Assembly (NCBI GenBank): GCA_963713605.1
Contig: CAVQMO010000010.1
Coordinates: forward strand, 1,024,001 to 1,088,000
Length of the DNA stretch: 64,000 nt
Source of the DNA: an uncultured Nitrososphaerales archaeon
GTDB taxonomy: Archaea; Thermoproteota; Nitrososphaeria; Nitrososphaerales; Nitrososphaeraceae
Reading direction: 5' to 3'
Shown in pieces: positions 11,027 through 20,852 of this stretch; position 1 is the stretch's first letter, and each line of letters starts with the position of its first letter. The notes beneath the pieces are model-generated. The model saw only the letters and a program-made list of their open reading frames with translations. It was not told the origin of the DNA and ran no database searches. Made by a program: the position numbers and the translations under genes.

Positions 11027-11392
11027 ATTTACATTTATGTTGAAAAAGGGAGTTAATATTTACTAGAGACTGTATCTTAGTTTTTACCAGAATAAGCTAA
11101 ATGCGTTCTTTTTACTAAAAAAGTATTTAGATTTGAATACTTTACATATTGAGGTCACATTTTCCAAATAAGAAGAATTAGGCTTTATAGTCTTTGCGTA
11201 TGGGGAGGCGCAGATTGACTCAGCATATTAATGTCCCATAGTTTGGCGCTAGCCGTCAGGTTTCTGATTACGTGCAGATGGCGGTCAGGGGAAGATGAAC
11301 GAAGCTAAGAAATGACTCAATATCCCAGACCTTAGTTTCTCACAAACTGTGCTCATGGTAAGCCCCCATACTTAGTCGAAATACAAAAATTC

Positions 11393-11686
11393 ATGGGTAT
11401 CATATCGGATAGGACAAAAAGTTCAGGAGCCAACAGAGTACTTCATGTGGATCAGTTGGATGTTCTTCTAGACGGAGCTCTCAGCTTAGCAACCAATTTT
11501 GAGTATGACATTTTCAAAGAGGTCTTACAAAAGGAAGGTAAATCGTACGACCACGACAGAAGCATCCAGCAAGACGGTTTCCTCAAAACAGCAAATTCAT
11601 TTACCCGAGCGGGTAATATATCTACACAGCAAGCTCAGCAAATAATTCAGAGGCTCCCATATCCTGTGCAGGCCATAAAGGCATAA
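11393..11686 (+). CDS. Hypothetical protein (possibly the 3' part of a decayed gene)
   Basis: 97-aa ORF, no recognised motif. Confidence 0.3.
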   Translation: MGIISDRTKSSGANRVLHVDQLDVLLDGALSLATNFEYDIFKEVLQKEGKSYDHDRSIQQDGFLKTANSFTRAGNISTQQAQQIIQRLPYPVQAIKA

Positions 11687-13040
11687 TTGGGATGTGCATA
11701 GAATCCTAGCTAACCATTTAAAGATGTGATCAAAACTTTTAGGTAGTTATCATGAAGCTTAACTGGTTAACTAAACTAAGTTGGCGAATACATTGAAGAA
11801 TTGCCGTCTACCGCAGGATGTAAGTTAGTATTTCATGTTTCTACCTTGACATAATGGCTAATGAATTCAGAATACTCTTTATGAAGATATTACCCCAGAT
11901 TTTACCCTGCATTTTTCCCCGAAACATGTTATTCTTGCTATTTTTTACCTTGTAGCCCGACCTTTACCCTGAAATAATTATATATTAAGATTTGTTGTCG
12001 AAGCCGATGAGAAAATGACGAAAATGGTAAATATCACAGGATTTTGTATTATCAACAATGGTATTGCCCTTCTTGCATATTACAATTCTTAAGTTTAAGT
12101 TTTACAATTGCAAATGATGATCAACCCAATCAAATTCCAACTAATCAACTGTCAGTCATTTCGCGGAGGGTTGAATAAATGCGCTATAGAAATCATTTGT
12201 TTTGTATGTGTAAACGACCACAAGTGAAGGAAAAGAAGGAAGGAATCGGGAATCTAAGAAATGACTAACTTTATTGTAATTGTAAAAATAAAGATAGACC
12301 CTCAGCAGTATATTGATTCCAGGTATGACGAGTACAAGAAATCAGTCGAGTCAAATCTACTACTGAAGCAAACCTGAGTCCACCCAACGAAACAGAGATT
12401 AAACTATTCGTGAGAAAACTAGTAGTAGATAGATTTTCTCTTGATAATGAAATCAAGAATGTCTATGTGGCAGAAGTATCTCAAGAAGAAGAATCCAATA
12501 AGAAATGACTACGACACCAGAAAGACAACAACAGGAGAAGAGGCTGGTCTTGTCAAGTAAATTATCCAAGTGATAAGTGTGAATATGAGAATACAAATAA
12601 GCAGGAGGGAACGAGGTACTCCTAAGGTAACGTCAAAGAAGTGACCGAATGGCCGAGTATTTCTATTGGAAAATGGCCCTTGTTTACAGTCTCAAGTTTC
12701 GTCACCTCTGATAAATCGGAGATTAGCAGACATTTCTTATTCTACAAGGTTTTGAAACTATATGGTTCATTGGCTTTGAACCTGAATTAGATTTCGAAGC
12801 AGACAATGAGAGTGAAGTATTTATCACGATGGAAGTCGGCCAAGATGGATGCGAACCACTTGAGCCAGATAAGACAGCATAGTGAAAAAGATTTCAAAAA
12901 CAGACAACTCAAAATAGTTGATCAATAAAAAATGTTCGCTAGTTAAAGGCCAAGAATATATTTTTAGACAGTTCCGTAATCTCATTGGCCAAGGATAATG
13001 GGTTGCATCGTGTCATTTTGTCTACACTGGTGAATGAACA

Positions 13041-13178
13041 TTGAGCGGCAAACCTCGTTGGGCTTGTGCTATTTGTGGAATGTATTCTAGAAGAATATAC
13101 ATTGTTAAGCGTCATGTTGCCAATGCGCATAATGGTTTATCAATACATTGTCTCATTCGTTGATTATTTAGCTGGTCT
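13041..13178 (+). pseudogene. C2H2 zinc-finger protein N-terminal fragment
   Basis: MSGKPRWACAICGMYSRRIYIVKRHVANAHNG..IVSFVDYLAG, truncated at the RTX fragment. Confidence 0.55.
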
Positions 13179-13410
13179 GTCAATGATGGAATTATTGAGT
13201 GCGCTAGGAACGCTGGAAATGATGGAATAGCCAGGAGTCAAGGTAATGACTTAGTACATGGAAATGAAGGCAATGACATTGTTCAGGGTAATGAAGGTAG
13301 TAATCAGATATTTGGCGACAGTGGTGTAAACACACTAACTGGTGGCCCTGGGAGAGATACCATCCTTTGTGAGCCAAACGGAGGTACAATCACTGATTTT
13401 CTGATGTGAG
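13179..13410 (+). pseudogene. Haemolysin-type (RTX) calcium-binding repeat fragment
   Basis: NAGNDGIA/SQGNDLVH/GNEGNDIVQ/GNEGSNQIF/GDSGVNTLT/GGPGRDTI nonapeptides then ITDF; no start or signal peptide. Confidence 0.7.
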
Positions 13411-13909
13411 ATCTGGAAACTGTATACTAGCGTCAGCATCCCCAGCATCATCAAATACAGAAGATATGACCAGTCACCAAACCAAAACTTCATCATCACT
13501 CAAAGAACATCATCACTAAAAGAACATGATTCTAAACATAACAATCTGAGTTCTAGTCACTACTCTTGAATTGCGAATTATGAAGCTCCACTGGATCTGA
13601 CATAGTCAAATGTTTGTTAGTGAATTCCACTTGCTGTGAGCATTTTTTGCTTCAGTTCCTATCAGTAGTATATCTCAGAGCAGCAACAGTTGCAACCAGA
13701 AATTCAGAATCAAGCAGAACTGGTTGTCTCGCTTAGTTCTTGAAGGTAGGTAAGATATACAATGAATCAACTAAAAACTGCAGCATTTCTATTCCAATGA
13801 TGAGAAAATATGATATGTGATACATTATGAATGAGCCAGGTACAATTTCGAGCGCAATCAGTGTAGGAAATAGACGTTAGAAAAAGTTTTAAGAATAGTT
13901 GTTGTATGA

Positions 13910-14392
13910 TTGCACACAATGACTTCTGTCAAACATATACCTGATGGATACCATGCAATAACACCTTACCTTGTTGTGCAGGGTGCTGAAAAACTAATTG
14001 ATTTCGTGAAGCAGGCGTTTGATGCAAAAGAAATAGAACGCATGTCAATGCCTGATGGAAAGATAGGACATGCTGAAGTTAGAATTGATGACTCAATCGT
14101 TATGATGGGTGATGCTAGAGAAGAAACGTGGAAAGCAATGCCTTCTTCAGTATATCTATATGTTACCGATTGTGACACAGTTTACAAGCGCGCTCTCGAA
14201 GCTGGAGCTATATCTTTGATGGAACCAAGAGACCAATTCTATGGGGATCGAACCGGCGGTATAAAGGATCCCGTTGGAAATCACTGGTTTATTGCAACAC
14301 ATAAAGAAGATTTATCGAAGGATGAACTTGATAAGCGTGTAAAAGAATACGTCAAACAACAGCAGCAACAACAACTACAACAGAAGCAATAA
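13910..14392 (+). CDS. VOC/glyoxalase family protein (PhnB-like) with poly-Gln tail
   Basis: IPDGYHAITPYL..HAEVRIDDSIVM..PRDQFYGDRTGGIKDPVGNHW; likely start ATG 13919. Confidence 0.9.
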   Translation: MHTMTSVKHIPDGYHAITPYLVVQGAEKLIDFVKQAFDAKEIERMSMPDGKIGHAEVRIDDSIVMMGDAREETWKAMPSSVYLYVTDCDTVYKRALEAGAISLMEPRDQFYGDRTGGIKDPVGNHWFIATHKEDLSKDELDKRVKEYVKQQQQQQLQQKQ

Positions 14393-15118
14393 CTCCATCT
14401 TTATGCGATCGCCTATCGTGAAATAAGAATATTTGACTTGTATGTAATCGGTCTGCATTAGACTATCATCGATGGTTAATTAGAAAACCAATAGAGAACC
14501 ACTCTATCTATCAATTATGGATTAATGTTATAATTTGAAGTATAAGGAATTAAAAAAATAACTTTCTCATTAACTACACAAAGTTACAAATGCCCCAAAA
14601 CTAATCCCTTCAATTGGCGGCTTCACCTTCCACTTTATAACACCTATGTAATCTCCACCTGATAATTAGTACGTATTTATTTGAAATATCTAGATATCAC
14701 ATTAAGTATAATTATGTGATAGAAGACGGACACAAAGCCTATTTGAAATATTGAAACTTGATGATGAGTATGAGAAATCACATTTGACCGTAACAATATT
14801 ATGAGTTCATACTATTCATTATTGTGATTTCAGTTTTATTTGAACAACTTAGAAATCCTATCGAATGGATTACTGATTCGATTATGCTCATCGATGAAAT
14901 TTATCTTCAAGTTTGAACTTCTAAATAATGGAACTCGTTTCAAGAGCCGGTAACGGCACGAATACCCTTGAGTCAGCCCATCCAAAATGAACCTATCCTA
15001 ACCTAGGGATGTTTAGATATAAAAATATCCGAAATGGATAAAATTCAATTTCATCCTTCCTTAGTTTGAAACAAAATAGGATGGTTATGAACCATTCTAT
15101 ATATATCACATTCAAATA

Positions 15119-15352
15119 ATGAACCTATCCCGAAGTGCGGCAAACCAACAGCAGGTAGCATGGCATAGAGACTGGGCACCAGATCTGAGTAGTGAGGAAT
15201 ATGGGGAAATAGCTAGAATTCTGTAAATATAACACCCTACAATCGTTAGGGATGTCGCTTACTTAGGACAGCAGGCAAAGGAGTAAATTGGCAGATACAC
15301 AGAGGAACAACTACAGGCAGAATATCATGATCTTAATGGTGGTATTACGGAA
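15119..15352 (+). pseudogene. Decayed HTH protein (small-terminase-like), copy 1
   Basis: MNLSRSAANQQQVAWHR...LSSEEYGEIARIL*I*HPTIVRDVAYLGQQAKE*IGRYTEEQLQAEYH: HTH pattern with in-frame stops; TATA-like run at 15098-15107. Confidence 0.55.
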
Positions 15353-15466
15353 TAATATGGATGAATCAAAAGACTACTTTCTGCTTTATTAAGAGGTGGT
15401 AACTATTCTAACAATTTTATACACAACACTATTAGGAGTATATAGGGATGAGTTAGTGAATATATT

Positions 15467-15848
15467 ATGAAAAATAAGAAAGTCAATAACGACAGCAATG
15501 AAAAGAAAGAAGACGCCAAACTGAAGAAGGAGATTGACTTGGTTAATCCTAATGAAATTGAGTCAATTAGTAATCTATGGCAACAATATTCTCCTATGAC
15601 CTGGAGTGAAACATATAATCAATATATTAAATACACAAGAAGAATGACTGAAATATATAATGAATACGCTAAAAGTTCACAGAGGATGACAGAACTGTAC
15701 ACGGAACTAGCTGCAAATGCAGAGAAGATGACTGAATTGTATAAGGAATCTGCCAATAGGTACAGAAAAAATGACCAAATATTGGTTAGACTTCCTTTGG
15801 ATGAAGCCATTGTCAAAAAATAAAGAAGGAAAACAAGAAGAACAATAG
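15467..15848 (+). CDS. Hypothetical helical protein with 14-aa repeats (C-terminal indel)
   Basis: RMTEIYNEYAKSSQ/RMTELYTELAANAE/KMTELYKESA.., continuing in another frame as TEKMTKYWLDFLWMKP..EEQ*. Confidence 0.6.
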
Positions 15849-16049
15849 GCACTTCAGAGAATGAATTGATGGTATCGACGGTCTTGATGCACCATTAGAA
15901 TATGAAAAAGACAAAAGGAATCTATTGCCTTCATATCGAAAGGTCGTAAATAGGCTCTGGAAATAAGCATTTCGGAGTAGAATGGATGAGCACCGAATTC
16001 TAGCGTACATGATACCATTAGTAGTAAAGTGTATTAAAGAAGCAACCAA

Positions 16050-16557
16050 TTCACTTCTGTGTTTTCTAGAAAGGCATTTAATATGTCTGTGAATGTTGTG
16101 GATAGTGATACATCAATCCATGTCCTGCTTCTTCAATCTGTACAAGCCAAGCTCCTGGGATCTTCTGCGCAAGAATCAAGGATTTAGCTACTGGTACAGC
16201 AACATCTTCAGTTCCCGTTACTCAGTGATCAAATACAATAACCTTGTGATTTGATGACAGTTCTTGGGGCACAGATGATGGCCAAATATCCATAACATTA
16301 TTACTACCACTAATGAGTAAAATAGGATTATCGTTACCAAACATCATATATGCAATGTCAATATCATCTAGACTAACTTTTTGTAATGCGAAACCTTGTA
16401 TATCCACCGAATTCGTTTATCAGAATTCACTTGGTCTGGATCTAAATATATTGACTATACACAAATTTATTGGTGCCATCGTTACTAATTAATGAAGCGA
16501 TAATAATTATGGTTGCAGCAGGAATTAGATGAGCCTTCCCAAGCTGCTGTTTGACAT
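16050..16557 (-). pseudogene. Alpha/beta hydrolase with large internal deletion
   Basis: N-terminal DIDIAYMMFGNDNPILLISG..KVIVFD is joined directly to C-terminal TGTEDVAVP..KIPGAWLVQIEEAGHGLMY; the GxSxG region is missing. Confidence 0.8.
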
Positions 16558-16740
16558 AAACCCTAATACGATGCGGACTATTAAGGAACAGACCTGAGAC
16601 CAGGAGATATTTCAGCCCAACATTAAGGTCAAAAATGGTTCATTTGTATGCGGCAGTCAGGTAGTTAAACGTATATGTTGAAAGGTGTAATATTTGCTCT
16701 AGTGGAATACTGAAGGTTTGATTAAGAATGCTAAACAGAC

Positions 16741-17068
16741 GATGCAATGGCAACAGACAACCAGAAGTAGAGTGTTGAAACTTTCAAGTGAGGGCAGGAG
16801 CCTATCAGGAAAGTGTTGCAACCATCAACTCAGATAAAACAGGAAGCTAATCATTGATGAAAGGCTACCATTGGAATATCAGAAATGCCTGATCGGCGTA
16901 GAGGCCATACTATGCAAAACATGGGACATTGCAAATAACTTAGAATCTACAGAAAGGAACAGACTACAAGCTGTCTCGGTAGGAATGCTGGCTTATAGAA
17001 TAAACATAGAGCAGCTAAATCTACTGAAGGGATTACCATTCTATTCTGATTGGCAACACGAACTTTAA
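16741..17068 (+). pseudogene. Decayed HTH protein (small-terminase-like), copy 2
   Basis: MQW..RSRVLKLSSEGRS...IDERLPLEYQKCLIGVEAILCKTWDIAN..RLQAVS; the ERLP.EY motif aligns with EQLQAEY of copy 1. Confidence 0.55.
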
Positions 17069-17261
17069 TCGAGAGAAAATCACGCTCAAATATCCAGTTT
17101 GCCGTTCAACTATACTATAGGCCACAGAAGAATCCCTTATTCGACTATGAACAGATGTTATATATTCCCTGATGATTTATGTTCCCTGATGCTTTATTCA
17201 GACGCCTTCAGATTGTCGCTACAGTTTTGGCGCTAAGTAGCAGCTTGCTTAACTTCGTCAA

Positions 17262-17534
17262 GTGATAAAGATAATCAATGGAGATAAGCCTCGTTACACC
17301 AAGTATATAATATTGGCTATAACTATGATTGACGAGCGAAGGTTGCTATATCTGGTAGTTGCGATGGCAGTATTCGCAGCAGCTTTTGCTGTAATGGTGG
17401 GCTTAGTCGCTGCTGAAATAGGGCCAACCTCTTCAGATACAACGGGAACGGAATGTTTGTTCGCAACAAATCTTTGCAATGTAATCTCTGCAGCAGATTC
17501 AAACGATAGTACGTTTTATTCCGATTTATCATAA
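17262..17534 (+). CDS. Small secreted or membrane-anchored hypothetical protein
   Basis: Hydrophobic stretch LLYLVVAMAVFAAAFAVMVGLVAA, then a Cys pair; likely start ATG 17325. Confidence 0.45.
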   Translation: MIKIINGDKPRYTKYIILAITMIDERRLLYLVVAMAVFAAAFAVMVGLVAAEIGPTSSDTTGTECLFATNLCNVISAADSNDSTFYSDLS

Positions 17535-17678
17535 TTGAAGCTAGGACCAGTTAATCGTGTCAGCTGTTATAACAGTAAATAAGGTCTATCTGTAAACCGA
17601 AAATGTATTGATGGCATATAGTAGTCGAATCAGCAGAGAACGAATCGAATCTGAAAAATGTAATAGTAGTAAACAAAC

Positions 17679-18133
17679 TTACACCTCGCCAACATCAAGG
17701 CGAAATTGAGATGGAGTACATTCATTTGAATGGTAGTCTGATGCGTTTAGGGTTAATGTACATCTCTCAACCCACTGAGATCGCCACTCAGGCGGTTCGA
17801 AAGGATCAGCAAAGTAATACGTCTCACGTGCAACCTTACCATCTCTGAACTCCATGATGCTTACTGCATTGACTGGATGCCCATCATAGGTAATAACTAT
17901 TTCAGATATCCAGAGATTTCCTTCTCCTCGTACCCGTAGGATCTTAAAACTAAGTTTAGCGGGGTAATGTGCCCTGAGTTCATATATGTTGTGTTTACCA
18001 GAGATTCGTTCACCAGACTGTGGAAATTCAACTATGACGTCGTCATGATAAATGTCATGTGATCTGTCTATATCACGAGCCACAGTGGCCTCCCAGTAAT
18101 GATCCAGGCAGCACGTATTTCTTGATTATCCAT
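17679..18133 (-). CDS. SnoaL-like / NTF2 family protein (indel near start)
   Basis: MDNQEIRAA.DHYWEA..HDIYHDDVIVEFPQSGERISG..VSIMEFRDGKVARETYYFADPFEPPEWRSQWVE. Confidence 0.85.
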
Positions 18134-18189
18134 TATCTTTCCAAACCATATCAAAAGCCTAGATTATTAGTCTTCTCTTCGGTTTCAAA

Positions 18190-18285
18190 GCAGTAGAGAA
18201 TGGCGAAACAATGCTAGATAAGGATGCAACTAATCATGATGATTTGCTGGACGCATTCCGTTTGTCTGTGCAGTTCTGGCATTAG
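18190..18285 (+). pseudogene. Terminase large subunit-like C-terminal fragment (copy C)
   Basis: In frame AVENGETMLDKDATNHDDLLDAFRLSVQFWH*, with an intact HDDxxDA motif. Confidence 0.65.
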
Positions 18286-18559
18286 TATATGCGAGATTTG
18301 ATTCTACTCATAATAACCACCTTAATCTTACATGTTATACTAATATGTGGCGGCTGGTGAAAACCCATCACCAGACAACTGCCGCACAAAAGTGAGTAGA
18401 ATTGAAACATTCGTGTCCACCAGTAGCATCCGCCCAGAGTTGACCAGCGCGTATGTATTAGTCGAAATGTGGCTGGACCAGGATCGCTATATTCAATCAA
18501 ATGATGTCAGGGCGTAGAATCCTGCATCAGCAGCAGATGATGGACCATCACAGCGAGCA

Positions 18560-18900
18560 GCAACCCAAAGCCGAGATTCTAATATCACGTATGAATCTGA
18601 CTCGAAAGCAATATTATTCGCGCATCAAACCGCTTCCGCGAGGTAGGTTTGATTCGTAGGAAGGGAGCTGAGATTTGTTCTTACTTCACTTGGAAAGGTG
18701 GTCTATGAGACCCACAATACAATAGGACTTGCAATCCACAATCGATGGAAACTTCAAGCTATTGATTCACTGGATACATCTCTATCTGCAGAGGGAATGC
18801 CCACTGAAGAAAGACACAAACTTATCAACGCGTTACCTGGAGATCACGAGGTTATAAAAGATATTCTACTCTGCCAGAATCATGTCAAAAAGGAATATAT
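18560..18900 (+). pseudogene. Decayed paralogue of the wHTH regulator at 10568-11026
   Basis: ILISRMNLTRKQYYSRI..GLIRRK..LTSLGKVVYE..WKLQAIDSLD with several frameshifts and no clear start. Confidence 0.65.
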
Positions 18901-19098
18901 GTTAGCAGCCTATATTTATCTACACAGCTTTATCATGAGGTTGTCTGGTAGGGAGCGTTTTTTTACCGACTCTCATGACGACCTATTCAATGCAAATAGG
19001 ATGCGATGTCTCTTCATTTCTGGCATTAATGATCGACACCACCACCATCATTACCACCAACAAACGTCTAAATATTTAACTCACGATCGAGATTCTGC

Positions 19099-19347
19099 AT
19101 GTCAAGTCCATCTGAGAGAGAAAGGAGACTAAGCAGTCTTGCCAGAAAACTGGGTCACGAACTAGACGAAGATTTTAGAAGGGCGGGGAACAGACTAAAG
19201 GACGTTTTGATTCGTGACTTTGATAAAGAAATGTCGCTAGCAGAGGTATTTGCTGACCGAAATGATCTCATCGAAGCGGCATACCATAGGACGTTGGCTT
19301 ATGCGATACACAATACTCTTAGGGATCTTGAAATGATGATCAAATAA
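19099..19347 (+). CDS. Hypothetical protein
   Basis: 82-aa helical ORF with a TATA-like AAATATTTAA about 25 nt upstream. Confidence 0.5.
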   Translation: MSSPSERERRLSSLARKLGHELDEDFRRAGNRLKDVLIRDFDKEMSLAEVFADRNDLIEAAYHRTLAYAIHNTLRDLEMMIK

Positions 19348-19380
19348 ATTAGGAACCAGTATACATCTGCAGTTCTGAAT

Positions 19381-19521
19381 TTAATCTGGTAGCAGATGCC
19401 AAGCGTGGTATTCTACTCTCGCTTCTTGGTTGCTATTCTTGTCATTGTCGCTTTGCTTTATGAACTCTGTAAAGTTTGTATAATCCATCATACTGTCACA
19501 GTAAATGCAAATCCATCTCAT
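19381..19521 (-). CDS. 46-aa CxxC...HxxH microprotein
   Basis: MRWICIYCDSMMDYTNFTEFIKQSDNDKNSNQEARVEYHAWHLLPD*; TTATATAAA upstream; below the ORF-track cutoff. Confidence 0.45.
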   Translation of the reverse strand: MRWICIYCDSMMDYTNFTEFIKQSDNDKNSNQEARVEYHAWHLLPD

Positions 19522-19904
19522 AGGTAAAGACTAATACTATTACGCACACATTGTTTATATAACATTATTCTATAGTTCCGAAACAATGTTTTATGTCAAG
19601 TCGGAGTGACAGAGAGACATGGCTACTCCATCACAAACCGGCTACTGGGTAAAATTCTGGTCTTATTTCGGAATTGACGAATTAGAGTTCCTTTCTGGAT
19701 CATCATCACATATTCTTGATTGTATATTTGTAATTTACATAATACTTAACTGATGTCTATCTCGGCTGACGAATCATTTAGAATAGATTATAATCTAACC
19801 ACGGGAATGCAGATAAAATTTTACAAGAGCAACAACATTGTTGCTAGACAGCAATCTGTTATCTAGCCAGTATCAATTAATGAATAAAAAATAATCTACT
19901 AATT

Positions 19905-19975
19905 TGATTCGCCTACGGTTCCATTCATTGCTAGATTGAGCAGTGGCCTAGCAACGTAGTACCGTTTTCGGTGCT
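19905..19975 (-). pseudogene. Second BNR/sialidase-like C-terminal remnant
   Basis: STENGTT..GPLLNLAMNGTVGES parallels STDNGGTFGQVLRIGTNGTIGDG at 5966-6040. Confidence 0.4.
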
Positions 19976-20089
19976 AACTATTTATCGACGTCTCTTAGTC
20001 GGTAGTTGCGGCGACGACGGAGACAGCGGTGGGATAGGAGAATGTGACATAACCATGGAAGGTTCAGTAATCTCTGCACCCTAATTTTT

Positions 20090-20297
20090 CTTTTTCTGAT
20101 GGTTAATGCTATGGCTGAATCTGAAAATGTCTCACTTCTTATTCATATGAGATTATTTCAAGAGTTCATGAAGCACTCACAGTATAGGCCTGGATGATAA
20201 TTACTTCAATCCAGAAGAGAATTATGTACTACAAAGATATGTTAAGGCAATTGACAACCTGACCATCAATGAAGAAAATCGTTTACGTAAAGTATGA
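20090..20297 (+). pseudogene. Tyrosine integrase C-terminal fragment
   Basis: HSIGLDDNYFNPEENYVLQRYVKAIDNLTINEENRLRKV*: the box II H...Y region and the TINEENRL tail of Nitrososphaeraceae integrases (recognised from memory). Confidence 0.6.
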
Positions 20298-20852
20298 GTT
20301 GTTCGAATTAGTTTTCATAACTTCTAAATCATCGTTTTTCATAGTAGCATAGAAAAAACTTAAGCCAGTAACCCCTTTACTATTTGTTAGAATCCTCTTC
20401 TAGAATCAATATTACTTCGGACTCCCTTGGGCCCACCTACTACGTGGGCATCCTGAATGGCTAGAGGCAGACGAAATGATGGAACGTCAGGGCTTTTGCA
20501 TCATTGATTTTGGATTGAACTGACTGATTCAACAGGTAGGAATGGAACTATTGTAATCACAATCAAGGATGATTCTCTCGAGAATGCCGCAATACCATAA
20601 ATCGATAACCGCTAATCAAGTTAAATACTTTAATGAACATGTTTTGAATAAAGCTAGGAACATTACTTTGCATATTAGTTATTATTATCGTAATTATCGT
20701 CATTGTGCTCTACTCAAGTTTCTATTTCAACTCTTCTTTGTAGTGCCACTTAGCGCAGACTTTTCTAACGATATGCTGTACGCTAATAATGTTGTGGCAA
20801 CAATTGATATTAGTGAAATCTCGACAAAATAAAAAATGATAAAAGAGGGAAG

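Noticed and set aside
17168..17212. Possible C/D box sRNA (TGATGA...CTGA)
   Set aside because: The C' and D boxes are poor, there is no terminal stem, and a local TTCCCTGATG duplication explains the pattern.
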